This document shows, one piece after another, positions 49,405-59,600 of a DNA stretch of 64,000 bases (position 1 is its first letter; each line of letters opens with the position of its first letter). The stretch spans positions 1 to 64,000 of the forward strand of contig CAXXSM010000036.1 in NCBI GenBank assembly GCA_963663405.2, read 5' to 3'. The notes beneath the pieces were generated by a model, which was not told the origin of the DNA, did no database searches, and was given only the letters and a program-made list of their open reading frames with translations. The DNA is from a bacterium (lineage in GTDB: Bacteria; Hinthialibacterota; Hinthialibacteria; Hinthialibacterales; Hinthialibacteraceae). A program made the translations under genes and the position numbers.

Positions 49405-50324
49405 AGATACTGCGCCTCTCGTTCTAGTTCGACGCCGAACTTCTCTTTCACGAGCGCCGCCATTTGATTCGCCAGTTCGATAATGTCCGCCGCCGTGGCG
49501 GCGCCGGTGTTTACGATGATGTTCGCATGTTTTGGAAATACGCGGGCGCCTCCCACCCGCAGCTCTTTCGCCCCCGCTTCATCCAATAATTTCCCTGCGG
49601 GAATCCGATGGGCGCCCGGTTCGGGAGGGGGAAGGTTTTTGAAAAACGAGCCGGCTGAAGGTAAATCAGCGCCTGGATGTTTTTGTTTTCGCTCCTCTTG
49701 GACGCGTTGAATCTCACTCAGAAGCGCCTCGGTGGATTGTGATGAAAACGTGCCCATTGTAACTGCGAGTAGAATATCCCCACGGCGCCGGGCTTCGCTA
49801 TCGCGGTATTGAATGCCTAAATCTTTCGCGTCCATTACACAGATCGATCCATCGCGCCGGAGGATGTCCGCGTCAAGCAAATAATCCACAACCAGCCGTC
49901 CGAACGCCCCGGCTCCTCCAACAATGGCGCCGCCCAGCGAACCAGGAATCCCCGCCGCGAAGGTTAAATCTCCCCAGCCCCGTTGGGATACTTCCCGCAC
50001 AAATCGATCGAGATTGTATCCACTGTCGACACGCGCGTTATTGTCTTTGCCCCACTGGATTCCAGCTGATTTATTGATGACTACGAATCCCCGCAGACCT
50101 TCATCACTAATCACTACATTCGAGCCCCCCGCCAAGAGTTGAAAGGGTATTTTGAGTTCCAAGGCAAGACGGTACGCTTGAATTAACTCATCCGACGAAT
50201 GCGCTTCGAGAAGAAATTCAGCGGGGCCGCCGACACGAAAGGTCGTATAGGGCGCCAGTGGAATCTCGAATTGAACCGCTTCACCAAACCGGTCTCGCAG
50301 TATAGATTGAATTGAATTGCTAAT
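49398..50324 (-). CDS. murB: UDP-N-acetylenolpyruvoylglucosamine reductase, probable ATT start
   Basis: LAPYTTFRVGGPA lies in frame upstream of the called TTG; GGSNV, GIPGSLGGA, PSAGSFFKN, KHANIIVN, LERE. Confidence 0.9.
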   Translation of the reverse strand: MSNSIQSILRDRFGEAVQFEIPLAPYTTFRVGGPAEFLLEAHSSDELIQAYRLALELKIPFQLLAGGSNVVISDEGLRGFVVINKSAGIQWGKDNNARVDSGYNLDRFVREVSQRGWGDLTFAAGIPGSLGGAIVGGAGAFGRLVVDYLLDADILRRDGSICVMDAKDLGIQYRDSEARRRGDILLAVTMGTFSSQSTEALLSEIQRVQEERKQKHPGADLPSAGSFFKNLPPPEPGAHRIPAGKLLDEAGAKELRVGGARVFPKHANIIVNTGAATAADIIELANQMAALVKEKFGVELEREAQYLC

Positions 50325-50328
50325 GAGA

Positions 50329-50904
50329 TTACTCCAATCGAACTTCCATCCAAGAATGCAGCAACTTGTCTTCGCCTTTCAGCAGCAGGCATGCGGGGGT
50401 TTTTTTAACTTCTTCGACCACATTGGCCAAAGGTTCCTCAAGGCCTTTTAAATCTTCGAACGTCATTTGCAACAATCTCACGACCATACCGGTATAGCCC
50501 AATGGAACCGGCAGTTTAATCTGGTCGGTAGTAATTCGAAGCGTGTTGGGTTTTGGTCCGGGCGGCGCTTTGACTGTTTTTTTAGTAATGCGCAGGTGAT
50601 AATCGTTTTTACTCACCTCAAATTCTTCGCCGTTGGGCATCAGTTCCACGGCGTTCGCAATGGCGAGAATATCAAAGCCTTCCTCTTTGGATTCCTCAAG
50701 CGTCCGAGGGGGCACAGTGTCCACGATGGCTTTAGCCAAGGGAAGTGGAAGCGTCGCATGGCCGATCACGGGTGACGCCGATTGCACTTCCTCAAAAAAA
50801 ACATGAATCCAAATCGTCTCGATTTCCTCGCTTTCCTGCCCGTAGACATTCATGAGCAGTCCCATCCACGCCACACTACAGAAAATCAGTTTACGAAATC
50901 TCAT
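50329..50904 (-). CDS. Exported hypothetical protein
   Basis: Signal-peptide-like N-terminus; AGGAAGG upstream; tightly packed before murB. Confidence 0.65.
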   Translation of the reverse strand: MRFRKLIFCSVAWMGLLMNVYGQESEEIETIWIHVFFEEVQSASPVIGHATLPLPLAKAIVDTVPPRTLEESKEEGFDILAIANAVELMPNGEEFEVSKNDYHLRITKKTVKAPPGPKPNTLRITTDQIKLPVPLGYTGMVVRLLQMTFEDLKGLEEPLANVVEEVKKTPACLLLKGEDKLLHSWMEVRLE

Positions 50905-51006
50905 TCGCTTATCCTTCCTCCCACTCGGATTCAGTATTCATGTTTCCTGAAATGTAATTCTCTTGGATGCTCCGGTCAACCGGCTTTGCATACTTCGTTG
51001 ATTCCT

Positions 51007-52203
51007 CTATAAAAGAAGCAGTGAAGCGGTGATCACAGCGGTAAGAATGATTAAAGCGCGAGCGGCGTTACCCAGTAGAATCTCAAATGCGGATGGCTTT
51101 AGAGGGATCGTTTGACCAGTCCGCGATATAGTGATCCAGCCCACAAATACACCGCCGAGAAATCCTCCGACGTGCGCCGCGTTGTCGATGATCGCGAATG
51201 CGGCCAATCCCATCATGGCGATTAAAGTGATCATCAAGGTGATCGATTGAGAAAAACCGCGGGGCATGACCGATTTGCGCCGCCGCCCTAAAACCGCCAG
51301 AAATCCAACGAATCCCATCAATCCGCCCGACGCTCCCACTGAAATGACGTTTGGGTATAGAAACAGGCTGAAAACACTTCCGGCAAGCGCCGATACGACA
51401 AAAACCGTATAGACATAGGTTCGATGAGCCAACGCTTCCATAAGCCATCCCAGTGTCACGAGTCCCGCCGTGTTAAAACAGATATGCAGTAAACCGCCGT
51501 GAATCATCGAATAAGTCAACAGACGCCACACCTCTCCTTTCCATACCTCGGGTTTAACGAGACCAGCCTGGTAAATCGATTCTTCCATCCCCGTGATACA
51601 CTGAACCAGAAACACCGATAGAAGACAAGCGCCGGTGATCCATGTGGCAGTGATTTTTCGTGTCCGCAGCCATGTTAGATACCGGTTGAGAAACGCGTCA
51701 GAAACCATGTTTTGTGGGGTATAGGTTCGTAGAAGAACGAATTGCTGCGCGTTTCGGTACGCGGGAAGCGCGCCGAGAAACACCAGATTGAAGAGGAACA
51801 GCCAACTTAATGAATGCGCCTGGCTTGTATCGATCGGCAGGGATTCGGCCAGGTAGAAAAGGAATCCCCATAAAAACAGATGAATGATGTTGAAACCAAT
51901 CCGTTTCACCATCCGCCGCCGGCTGTTTTGTCTCACAGCTTCAAAAAGATAATAGACTTCACCCGGTGGGACTAAACGGGGTGTGGCGGGGGTCCAAACG
52001 AGATGAATTCGGGGAATGCGGTCTTTTTTACATTTCTCAAATAGTTCCTCCCGCGCGCAGCCGATCATCTTTCCACCGGAGAGATAGCCATACTCCATTC
52101 CTGCGGGACGTTCAGGAAATACATCAGGACGCAGCCAGGGAGACAAGGCGCGGGGGTGGGATTCTCCTTCTAATGGATTTTCGGTGTTCTGAGGTTCCAT
52201 CAC
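51007..52203 (-). CDS. Rhomboid-family intramembrane serine protease
   Basis: WRLLT, HGG..HICFN, GASGG, AHVGG. Confidence 0.9.
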   Translation of the reverse strand: MMEPQNTENPLEGESHPRALSPWLRPDVFPERPAGMEYGYLSGGKMIGCAREELFEKCKKDRIPRIHLVWTPATPRLVPPGEVYYLFEAVRQNSRRRMVKRIGFNIIHLFLWGFLFYLAESLPIDTSQAHSLSWLFLFNLVFLGALPAYRNAQQFVLLRTYTPQNMVSDAFLNRYLTWLRTRKITATWITGACLLSVFLVQCITGMEESIYQAGLVKPEVWKGEVWRLLTYSMIHGGLLHICFNTAGLVTLGWLMEALAHRTYVYTVFVVSALAGSVFSLFLYPNVISVGASGGLMGFVGFLAVLGRRRKSVMPRGFSQSITLMITLIAMMGLAAFAIIDNAAHVGGFLGGVFVGWITISRTGQTIPLKPSAFEILLGNAARALIILTAVITASLLLL

Positions 52204-52301
52204 AGTTCAATCTTATACTTGACGATCTACGTTGTAGTGGCATCCCGTCGAAGAGACGATTTCAATCGTTATAACGCGGAAGCGCTCATTACCTATACAG
52301 T

Positions 52302-52334
52302 ATAACAGGATCGCGCGAATGGCGATCCTGTTAT
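52302..52334. terminator. 13-bp stem hairpin downstream of the TlpA-like gene
   Basis: ATAACAGGATCGC / GCGATCCTGTTAT. Confidence 0.5.
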
Positions 52335-52366
52335 GATGAAAGGAAGATAATAGTAAGAATTAGTGA

Positions 52367-52924
52367 TTAGGCCTCGGCTTCTTCTTTCGGCTTAGGAAGA
52401 TTTTTGATATGTTTTTCGATTTCTTGCTCCAGCTTGTGTCCACGCAATTGAACTCCCTTGGCGACGATTTTTCCCGTATGATCCACGAGGAAGGGTGAAG
52501 GAATCGCTCGAACGGCGTAGGCTTTTCCAATTATGTTATTGCTATCCCTTACATGTTGCCAGGGCATAGGATTTTTCTTGATGAACGCTTTGAGTGTCTC
52601 ACTTTTTTCGTTGCTGATACTAATGATTTCCAGTCCATCCTTATGATACTTTTCATGCGCTTTTTGCAAATGAGGAATCTCTCCCCGGCAAGGTGGACAC
52701 CACGTCGCCCAGAAATCGATCAGAACCAGTTTTCCCTGTAATTTTTCCAGATTGACCAGTTTTTCGTCAATCGTCTGTCCTTTGAAAAGAGGCGCTTTTT
52801 CCCCAACTTCTGGCGCTTTAGCTTTTTTCACGATACTTTCCGACGCGTTCGCGATGGAAAGAACGCCGATACTCAGTAAAAGGGATACAGTAAGAATCAG
52901 GCCGCGATAACGTTTCATATTCAT
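52367..52924 (-). CDS. TlpA/ResA-family thiol-disulfide oxidoreductase
   Basis: Signal peptide; DFWATWCPPCRGEIP; VRAIP cis-Pro loop. Confidence 0.9.
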   Translation of the reverse strand: MNMKRYRGLILTVSLLLSIGVLSIANASESIVKKAKAPEVGEKAPLFKGQTIDEKLVNLEKLQGKLVLIDFWATWCPPCRGEIPHLQKAHEKYHKDGLEIISISNEKSETLKAFIKKNPMPWQHVRDSNNIIGKAYAVRAIPSPFLVDHTGKIVAKGVQLRGHKLEQEIEKHIKNLPKPKEEAEA

Positions 52925-53164
52925 CTCCTATTTTTATAATTGTCTCAAAAAATACTTGAGACATTTTCTTCTTAAATGATACAGATTTTTAGAAAATTAA
53001 CAAACACTGAATCCTTAATACCAAAAAAAAAGAGAAAATACGGTATTATTTCTGGTTATAGGATTTGACTTACTTGAAACCTTTATTCTTCAATTATATT
53101 AAGAGCAAATTACATGCCTATAAGAATTATTTCGATTTATTTGTTCGTTTTTAGGAAAAATCAG

Positions 53165-53205
53165 AAAAAAGAATCCCCCCGGCGATGATCTCAAACCGGG
53201 GGGAA
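53165..53205 (-). terminator. Rho-independent terminator
   Basis: CCCCCCGG...CCGGGGGG stem with A-run on the downstream (minus-strand) side. Confidence 0.65.
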
Positions 53206-53233
53206 AATTAAATTCGTTCAATCAGAGAATTGA

Positions 53234-55366
53234 TTACTCCATCAGCATCCAACCATCCACTGCGACTTCACCATCTGCTGGCATCGCCCAGATGTCGTAC
53301 AGGTTGAATCCAGGATCGCTAGCGCTTTTGTCAAGATCCAATTCCAACGTTACGGAAACCAGAACTTTATCCGAATTAATTATAGTAGCCTTGTCTTCAT
53401 TTACTGCTGGATCATTGGCATCAGAGAAGTTGTTGGTGTCGGTAAGCCGGTCCATACCATTGATCAGCAGACGCACATCGGCATACTGCCAAGAACTATC
53501 CGTCGGATCACGGAACCAGTCATCCGCATGGAGTTCAGTCACTTCCGTGGTACCGTCTTCAAAGTTGAGCGTGGTTTTTAGAGCGCCAAAACCATTACCA
53601 ACCGTGGCGGACATACGTAATTCTCTATACCGCCCTGGAGGAACCATATCAAACGTGAAGGGACCATGCTGATCCTCGTTCCTGGCCATGAATTTGATGG
53701 AGTTCTTTAATCCCAAGCCAAGAGAGGCGTTGTTGTAAGGTCCAAATACGTGACCGTTCAAACCGCTCATACGATCCGGTGGTAAACCGTTCGCGACATA
53801 AATGTTAGTGCCGTCATCATAGATATAACCAGCAACGAGGAGATAGTAGTTGTTGCCATTGTCATGACCAAAACCTCTTTGACCTGTAACTTCAGTTGCA
53901 TCATCATATTTATCGATGGAGATAACATCCCATGCGGGAAGAGCAGGATCACGGTCTGGATCGTTGAAGGTCAGATCGACACGGCCCGCGCCGGCGGGAG
54001 GCAACGCGGCGTCTGAACTGATCCAGATATTGTCAAAGTAGGAAGAACCATCCGCTCCACCACGGCGCAAGCGAATTTCGGCAATGTCAAGGATCTCATC
54101 ATTGTACTCACCACCAGCGTCATAGGTGTCCAGACGGTCGGTTTCATCTGGATTGATCCACAAGTAGACGCTGTCATTTTGGCCTTCACCCGGCTCAAGA
54201 ACGATCCGCGCGAGGAAATGATTGGGAACGGTATAATCGATATCGGTTAAGCTATCTCCGCCTGGTAAGTTGCCTATACCACAGAATGCTGAGTTGTAGG
54301 GTTTACCGATAAAAACGGATTCTGAACCATCCGAAGCGTAAAGTGTCATACCGGACCAATGACTATCCGCAGGACCTTCTTCCTGGAAGACGAAGGAAAC
54401 CCAGATATCACCAGAAGCTTCGGTTGACATCAAGCGCCCCATACCATCACTCGCATCGCCCGTGATCTTCGCGGAAAAGCCACCGACGTTTAAATCCGGA
54501 GAAGGTTGATTTTCAACAATACCTGCTTCGAGTATTGTGCTATCCAGTACGCAGGGAGAATTTGCGCCGGAAGCGGTCCAGTCACCGGCCCACCCTAGAC
54601 CACCGTTGGCGGCAAGCGCATCCAGCGATGTGCCAGCGTCTTCATTTGGATAGGAGAAGGTTTCATAAATATTGAAGGAACGGTACTCAATACCCACATT
54701 TTGCCAGAAACCTGTTGAGATTTGACCGTCATCATGGGAAGTAACCGCCATGCCGACGTATACAGGATCTTGCATATCGGGAACAACATGGGTTTCTGCA
54801 AGCACGCGTTCACCATCAACATTGATATAATAATAATTGAAGGTGTTGCCGCGGCGTTCCAATTCCATGGTATTCGTCACGCCTTCATCATAATAACCGG
54901 CAATTTGATCGGCTGGAACGGCTTTGCTATCGTCCCCATTAGCGCTGCCGTCCTGTTCATCACGCCACTGCGAATACATGGTCATATCCGCGCGCATCAT
55001 GGCATAGGCATAAGCGGAACCAGGAGTCAAGTTGTTGCGGACCATGAGACCCGATTTGACCCACTCAGAACTGCTTGAACCGACAAGAATATCCGTTTTA
55101 CCATAAATAGAGAAATCGCCTTCGACTTCCATATAGACGAAATGGAATTCGTCCGCCGTTCCCCAGATATCCGCGCCACTGGCTTGGATCTCATACTCCC
55201 AAATAGCCGCGCCAAAATCTCCACTTCCATCACCAACATCCACCGCTGTGGCCGAACCAGCTGCGCCAACGTCACCGATATCCATATTGCTATCGAAAGC
55301 GCCGATTTGCGCAAACGCAGGAGCAGCCATTAGACACAGAGCCAATAAGACTATCCCTTTCCTCAT
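53234..55366 (-). CDS. Acidic secreted multidomain beta-sandwich protein with C-terminal VAVDGWMLME motif
   Basis: Signal peptide ending AFA-Q; SGADIWGTADEFHFVY..GDF, W.K.GLMVR, VYVGMAVTSH (ConA-like lectin module). Confidence 0.75.
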   Translation of the reverse strand: MRKGIVLLALCLMAAPAFAQIGAFDSNMDIGDVGAAGSATAVDVGDGSGDFGAAIWEYEIQASGADIWGTADEFHFVYMEVEGDFSIYGKTDILVGSSSSEWVKSGLMVRNNLTPGSAYAYAMMRADMTMYSQWRDEQDGSANGDDSKAVPADQIAGYYDEGVTNTMELERRGNTFNYYYINVDGERVLAETHVVPDMQDPVYVGMAVTSHDDGQISTGFWQNVGIEYRSFNIYETFSYPNEDAGTSLDALAANGGLGWAGDWTASGANSPCVLDSTILEAGIVENQPSPDLNVGGFSAKITGDASDGMGRLMSTEASGDIWVSFVFQEEGPADSHWSGMTLYASDGSESVFIGKPYNSAFCGIGNLPGGDSLTDIDYTVPNHFLARIVLEPGEGQNDSVYLWINPDETDRLDTYDAGGEYNDEILDIAEIRLRRGGADGSSYFDNIWISSDAALPPAGAGRVDLTFNDPDRDPALPAWDVISIDKYDDATEVTGQRGFGHDNGNNYYLLVAGYIYDDGTNIYVANGLPPDRMSGLNGHVFGPYNNASLGLGLKNSIKFMARNEDQHGPFTFDMVPPGRYRELRMSATVGNGFGALKTTLNFEDGTTEVTELHADDWFRDPTDSSWQYADVRLLINGMDRLTDTNNFSDANDPAVNEDKATIINSDKVLVSVTLELDLDKSASDPGFNLYDIWAMPADGEVAVDGWMLME

Positions 55367-55379
55367 AGTACTTCTCCTT

Positions 55380-56090
55380 CCACTTTTGAAATAAAAAATA
55401 GAGATTGCTAGGCAATCTAAAAAGTATTCTAGAATCTGATATTTTGTTGATCATGTCAACAGGCAAATGCATATTTTTTTTAATATCGCTCATTTGAATT
55501 ATTATGAATATAATTCTTGTGCAACTATTTTTTTATAGTCTATAGAACTATTTTTATAATTAATTTAATCTGAGAGTGACTTTATTAATTCAATAAATTG
55601 TGGACGAATCTGGATAGAAGTAGAATATTAAATATTAATTTATTCTCATATAAATATGATGATAATATTTATTGAATTCTATCTATGGTTTCTGGTTATC
55701 TTGTTTATTACTAAGATATTAGTTAATATGGTGAATTAATTGAAATTTTATAATTAAAAATGTTTTTTTATCGGTAAACATTGACAGAGAATTCAATTTA
55801 TATAATCATATTCAATCTGTTCATATTAATGTCTAGAGAATGTGATCCTCTATTTATATTAATTATATACATTTATTTATTGATTTGTTTTTTTCTATTT
55901 TAAATCATTTAAAAATGCTAAATAGAAATCTTCTATAAAAAAGTGGATTCAATTAACCGTTGATTTTTGCGATTTGTTATAGAATGAGTGTAAGTAATAT
56001 TTTACTTTGATTCTTATATCAATATTGTTGAATTTTTATTTCGGTTAATTATTTAACCGAATTTAATTCCTCTGTTACAAGGAGAAGACG
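55380..56090. promoter_or_regulatory. AT-rich divergent promoter region
   Basis: About 700 bp, markedly AT-rich and ORF-free, between divergent genes; TTGACA at 55781 followed 15 nt later by a TATAAT-like hexamer (non-canonical spacing). Confidence 0.5.
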
Positions 56091-57425
56091 ATGTATAAAA
56101 CACTTTGGAGAATGGTGGTTTGTGTGGGGCTCGCTTGTTTGATTATGGCCCCTGCGAGTCAGGCGCAGAAGTATGAAAGCGTGCCCGTGGATCTGTCGGA
56201 TTTCTGGAACGCGGATGGCTGGTATCATGATGATGCGGATGATCCAACCGTCGGCACGACACATGGGTCGTCGCCGGGATCTTCGTGGGTTCTGGATGGC
56301 GGCTCCACCGAGCGAATCCGGATCACGACTCTGCCGGCAACCGTTATCCCCGGTCAGGTCAATGTGACCGATGACGGTGTTGTCGCATTCATGTTGCCGG
56401 AAATGAATATCGGTGACTTGGATGTGTATTACGTGGTGGGTGATACGATTCCCGTGCCTCCGGGCAATTATGAATCCGTTTTCTTCGCCGTTATGTCCGG
56501 CAGTGGCAACTGGCCCGGCAATGTCAGCCAATGGGCCGCTGATGTCGATCCCGACACAGGCGAAGTCTATGACGCCCGCAGTGAAGTGAACAGTTTCAAA
56601 CCGATCTACTCCGATGGCGAAGGTGATTGGATACCCGTCGGCACCGTCAATGACTGGTTCTGGAAAGTGCCCGAATGGGTGGCGCCGGAAAGCGGTGATC
56701 CGAGCGAAATCGTTCTTGAATACCTCGCCTATGAAGGTGATGTGAATGGACCCATCTACTTCTGGGACGCTGTGAATCAATCCAATCATGACTACGGTCA
56801 GTATACGTATGTAAACGGTGAAGGTTTCTTTACCTATTACCTCGATGGACTGACCGGACTTACGGAAGCGACTCTCTGGACCGAATTCTGGGGCAACGCC
56901 AAAGTCTCGATTTCAACTGACGATGTGGAATATACACAAATATTTGACACTACTCAAGAAGATCCACTGTTCACTCCGCAAGTCTACACTGCTCCCGCGG
57001 GTAACCTTGATGGTTATTTCCCGAATCGTGGCTTGCGTAGTTTTGATTTGGCTCCCTATATCTCTTCTGGTGATGTGGAAGAAATTTTCGTCAAATTTGA
57101 AGACGCCGCGCCGGATAACGCAGCAGGCGAAGAAAACAATCCTTGGGGCGCCCGGCTTCGCAGCATTGGGATCTTCACCGGCCCAGTCGTTGTCAGCGCT
57201 CTCGGAACTCGTCTCTGGCCAGGTCTCGTCCGCGCTGATGGAGCCTCGCCACAGGGCGGTCTCATTCTGATTTACAAACGCTATTTCCTCGATGAATCCA
57301 GAACACTGGAAGCGATCACGATGCCAAACAATATTCCTAGAAAATCCCCTATTCTGAGCGTTTTCGCGATTACCCTTTCAACGGGTGAATCCGAAACGGC
57401 TGTCTCGGACTTTATGCTGTTCTAA
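56091..57425 (+). CDS. Acidic secreted protein of unknown function with C-terminal TAVSDFMLF motif
   Basis: AGGAG RBS; signal peptide ending SQA-Q; VPVDLSDFWNADG start; followed by a terminator. Confidence 0.75.
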   Translation: MYKTLWRMVVCVGLACLIMAPASQAQKYESVPVDLSDFWNADGWYHDDADDPTVGTTHGSSPGSSWVLDGGSTERIRITTLPATVIPGQVNVTDDGVVAFMLPEMNIGDLDVYYVVGDTIPVPPGNYESVFFAVMSGSGNWPGNVSQWAADVDPDTGEVYDARSEVNSFKPIYSDGEGDWIPVGTVNDWFWKVPEWVAPESGDPSEIVLEYLAYEGDVNGPIYFWDAVNQSNHDYGQYTYVNGEGFFTYYLDGLTGLTEATLWTEFWGNAKVSISTDDVEYTQIFDTTQEDPLFTPQVYTAPAGNLDGYFPNRGLRSFDLAPYISSGDVEEIFVKFEDAAPDNAAGEENNPWGARLRSIGIFTGPVVVSALGTRLWPGLVRADGASPQGGLILIYKRYFLDESRTLEAITMPNNIPRKSPILSVFAITLSTGESETAVSDFMLF

Positions 57426-57450
57426 ATTCGTGCTCTTAATTAATTGTTAT

Positions 57451-57482
57451 AAAGCCTCCCCATTTGTTTGGGGAGGCTTTTC
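57451..57482 (+). terminator. Rho-independent (bidirectional) terminator
   Basis: AAAGCCTCCCCA-TTTGTT-TGGGGAGGCTTTT. Confidence 0.8.
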
Positions 57483-57545
57483 ATTTCACGGGTGGGGACG
57501 CCTGTGCTCTATTAAGTCAGCCCGCGCTCATTCGGATGTCCTAGT

Positions 57546-59528
57546 TCAATTGGGCAGGATCAGCGATTGCCGCCAGGGTTTTTGGTCTGTTTGTTCTGGG
57601 GAAGGTTCGATTGGTTTTGTTTCAAAAATCCATTGCGCTTCTTCTGCTTTAATCCCCTTGCTGGATTGAAAACCGGTGGGGGGATCATTACCAGCTGGAT
57701 TAATGATAATGTGATGGCGGATTCCTGGTTTTAAAATAACTGGAATCAAGAATAGATTGGCGTCTCTTTCATAACGGACTTCACCGTGTTCCAGGTAACC
57801 GCCTTCTTTCCAAACCAAGTGAACAGCTTGAGGATTCATCGGCCGGTCAAATTGAACGCAGAGTTCTGTTTCTGGCTTCACGTTTTTCGTTCCATAAAAC
57901 GGAGTCAGCATTTGCACGGATGGATTCACTTGAACCCAAGGTGGGAGCGGTTCATTTTTCAGCCGTTCGATCGCTGTGGAGAGAAGCTCGTCGCGATTTT
58001 CTGTGAAGGAATCCGGCTTCGCTTCAAAAAAGATATCGGGTTGGATGCCTCGTTCGTCCAGCGGTTTCTCATCCATCAGCAGATCAATCCATTTAGGCAT
58101 CCGTACATTGACACCGATGGAGAGTTCGATCATTTTCGGATTCCCGCTGGAACCGCAAGTCCGGTCTCCCATCGTTGTCACTTGGGGGCATTGCTCCATC
58201 ATGGCGATGAATGATTCATTGCTGCTCATACACTTCTGCCCGATAAGAATGAGTGTGGGCTGCGTGTATTTCCACTCTCCGCGCGGTTCAAAGCGGCGGG
58301 GGATCTTTTCTGTTAGATCGGTGTGTTTTGGCCCGTTCCGGTATTGGCTGTAGGAATACACTCTTGATTCTTTTGTGAATCGTCCCGCCACCTGCATGGC
58401 GAGATCTTCACCTCCTCCACCGTTTACCCGGACGTCAACGATCAATCCTCTTGTATCCCGCAGAATGTCGAGCGCTTTATCCACCTGTTGGGGAATTAAG
58501 GGATCGGTCCATGAATCGATGCTGATGTAACCCACATCATCTTCTGTTTTGCCCCATTTCACGTAACGCCCCAGCCACATCCCATCTTTCATAAATGTAT
58601 CGAGAGCGTTTGGATTGGCGTTCAATTCCCGTGGGCGGTAAAATCCTGGTACGCCTTCCTCTCCCATGGATACACCAATGTGGAGATCGCGCAGATGGCT
58701 TAACATTTCGGCGCAGACATTGGCGAATTGGTAGACGGTTTGACACGCCGCCGCTTGGGGACGGTATGTCTCGCGCATCTGGTTCCAGTCCACCTCCGGG
58801 CGAATTACGAACATCGCGTATTCCCGGTCGTACGTTTCCCATAGGAGATCAAAGTTCTTTTCCGCCTCTTCTTTTGTTATGGATTTCGATTCAGGAAGAA
58901 CGGCGTCAGCGAGACTCCGCGCGTAATTAACTTGTTTTTTATTGCGATCGACTCCAAAGAACCGGCGGAACCTCTTTTGTGTTGCGTTTTCTGTATCGGC
59001 GTCGAAAATCAGGATCGCGGGTTCATTAATGTATGCCAAAGAGCCGCTATGCATACTATTGTGGAATTTGAAATGAGCGATTCGCAGGATAGTGGCATAG
59101 AGGAGTGGATCCCCTTTCCCCACAACTGTTTCTTGGGGGAAAAGAGATTGAAGTTTAGCCGGATGAAAGCGAATCCATACATGGCGCATCTTCTCTGGTT
59201 CCTCCAATTGGTTACATTCAATATCTCCTTCTGTTTTAGGGATTAAAGCGGCCCACACGGCGCCATATTCTCCGTGGCCAAATCCCACATAGCTTGGACC
59301 GGTTTCGATCTTAATCGAATCATTCATCGAAAATGAGAACGAGGATATTTCATAAATATCCTCTTTTGTAAATTCCCAGCTGCATTTCACATCATACTCA
59401 TCTTTGGTCAATGACGATGGATAAAGAGTTGGAAGATTGGGCGCCTCTGCCTGTGTAAAGGAACCGGTCAGTAGGATGGGAAAAAAAACAATGCAGAATT
59501 GACGGGTGTATTTTGAAACGGATGACAT
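57546..59528 (-). CDS. S41-family peptidase (tricorn C1-like + catalytic domain) with C-terminal Ig-like domain
   Basis: NFD.LWET.DREYAMF..R..VDW, LRDLH, IVDVRVNGGG, SSNESF, T.GSSG, GIQPD. Confidence 0.85.
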   Translation of the reverse strand: MSSVSKYTRQFCIVFFPILLTGSFTQAEAPNLPTLYPSSLTKDEYDVKCSWEFTKEDIYEISSFSFSMNDSIKIETGPSYVGFGHGEYGAVWAALIPKTEGDIECNQLEEPEKMRHVWIRFHPAKLQSLFPQETVVGKGDPLLYATILRIAHFKFHNSMHSGSLAYINEPAILIFDADTENATQKRFRRFFGVDRNKKQVNYARSLADAVLPESKSITKEEAEKNFDLLWETYDREYAMFVIRPEVDWNQMRETYRPQAAACQTVYQFANVCAEMLSHLRDLHIGVSMGEEGVPGFYRPRELNANPNALDTFMKDGMWLGRYVKWGKTEDDVGYISIDSWTDPLIPQQVDKALDILRDTRGLIVDVRVNGGGGEDLAMQVAGRFTKESRVYSYSQYRNGPKHTDLTEKIPRRFEPRGEWKYTQPTLILIGQKCMSSNESFIAMMEQCPQVTTMGDRTCGSSGNPKMIELSIGVNVRMPKWIDLLMDEKPLDERGIQPDIFFEAKPDSFTENRDELLSTAIERLKNEPLPPWVQVNPSVQMLTPFYGTKNVKPETELCVQFDRPMNPQAVHLVWKEGGYLEHGEVRYERDANLFLIPVILKPGIRHHIIINPAGNDPPTGFQSSKGIKAEEAQWIFETKPIEPSPEQTDQKPWRQSLILPN

Positions 59529-59600
59529 TTCAATCCCTCCAGGGGGAATGTAACTATCGAGTAAGCAAAACGAATTGTATGGGGAAAAGGTTTAGAGAGA

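Noticed and set aside
51007-52203. Rhomboid as a rhombosortase for the C-terminal motif
   Set aside because: Rhombosortase substrates have a C-terminal TM helix, which the motif lacks; proximity alone is insufficient
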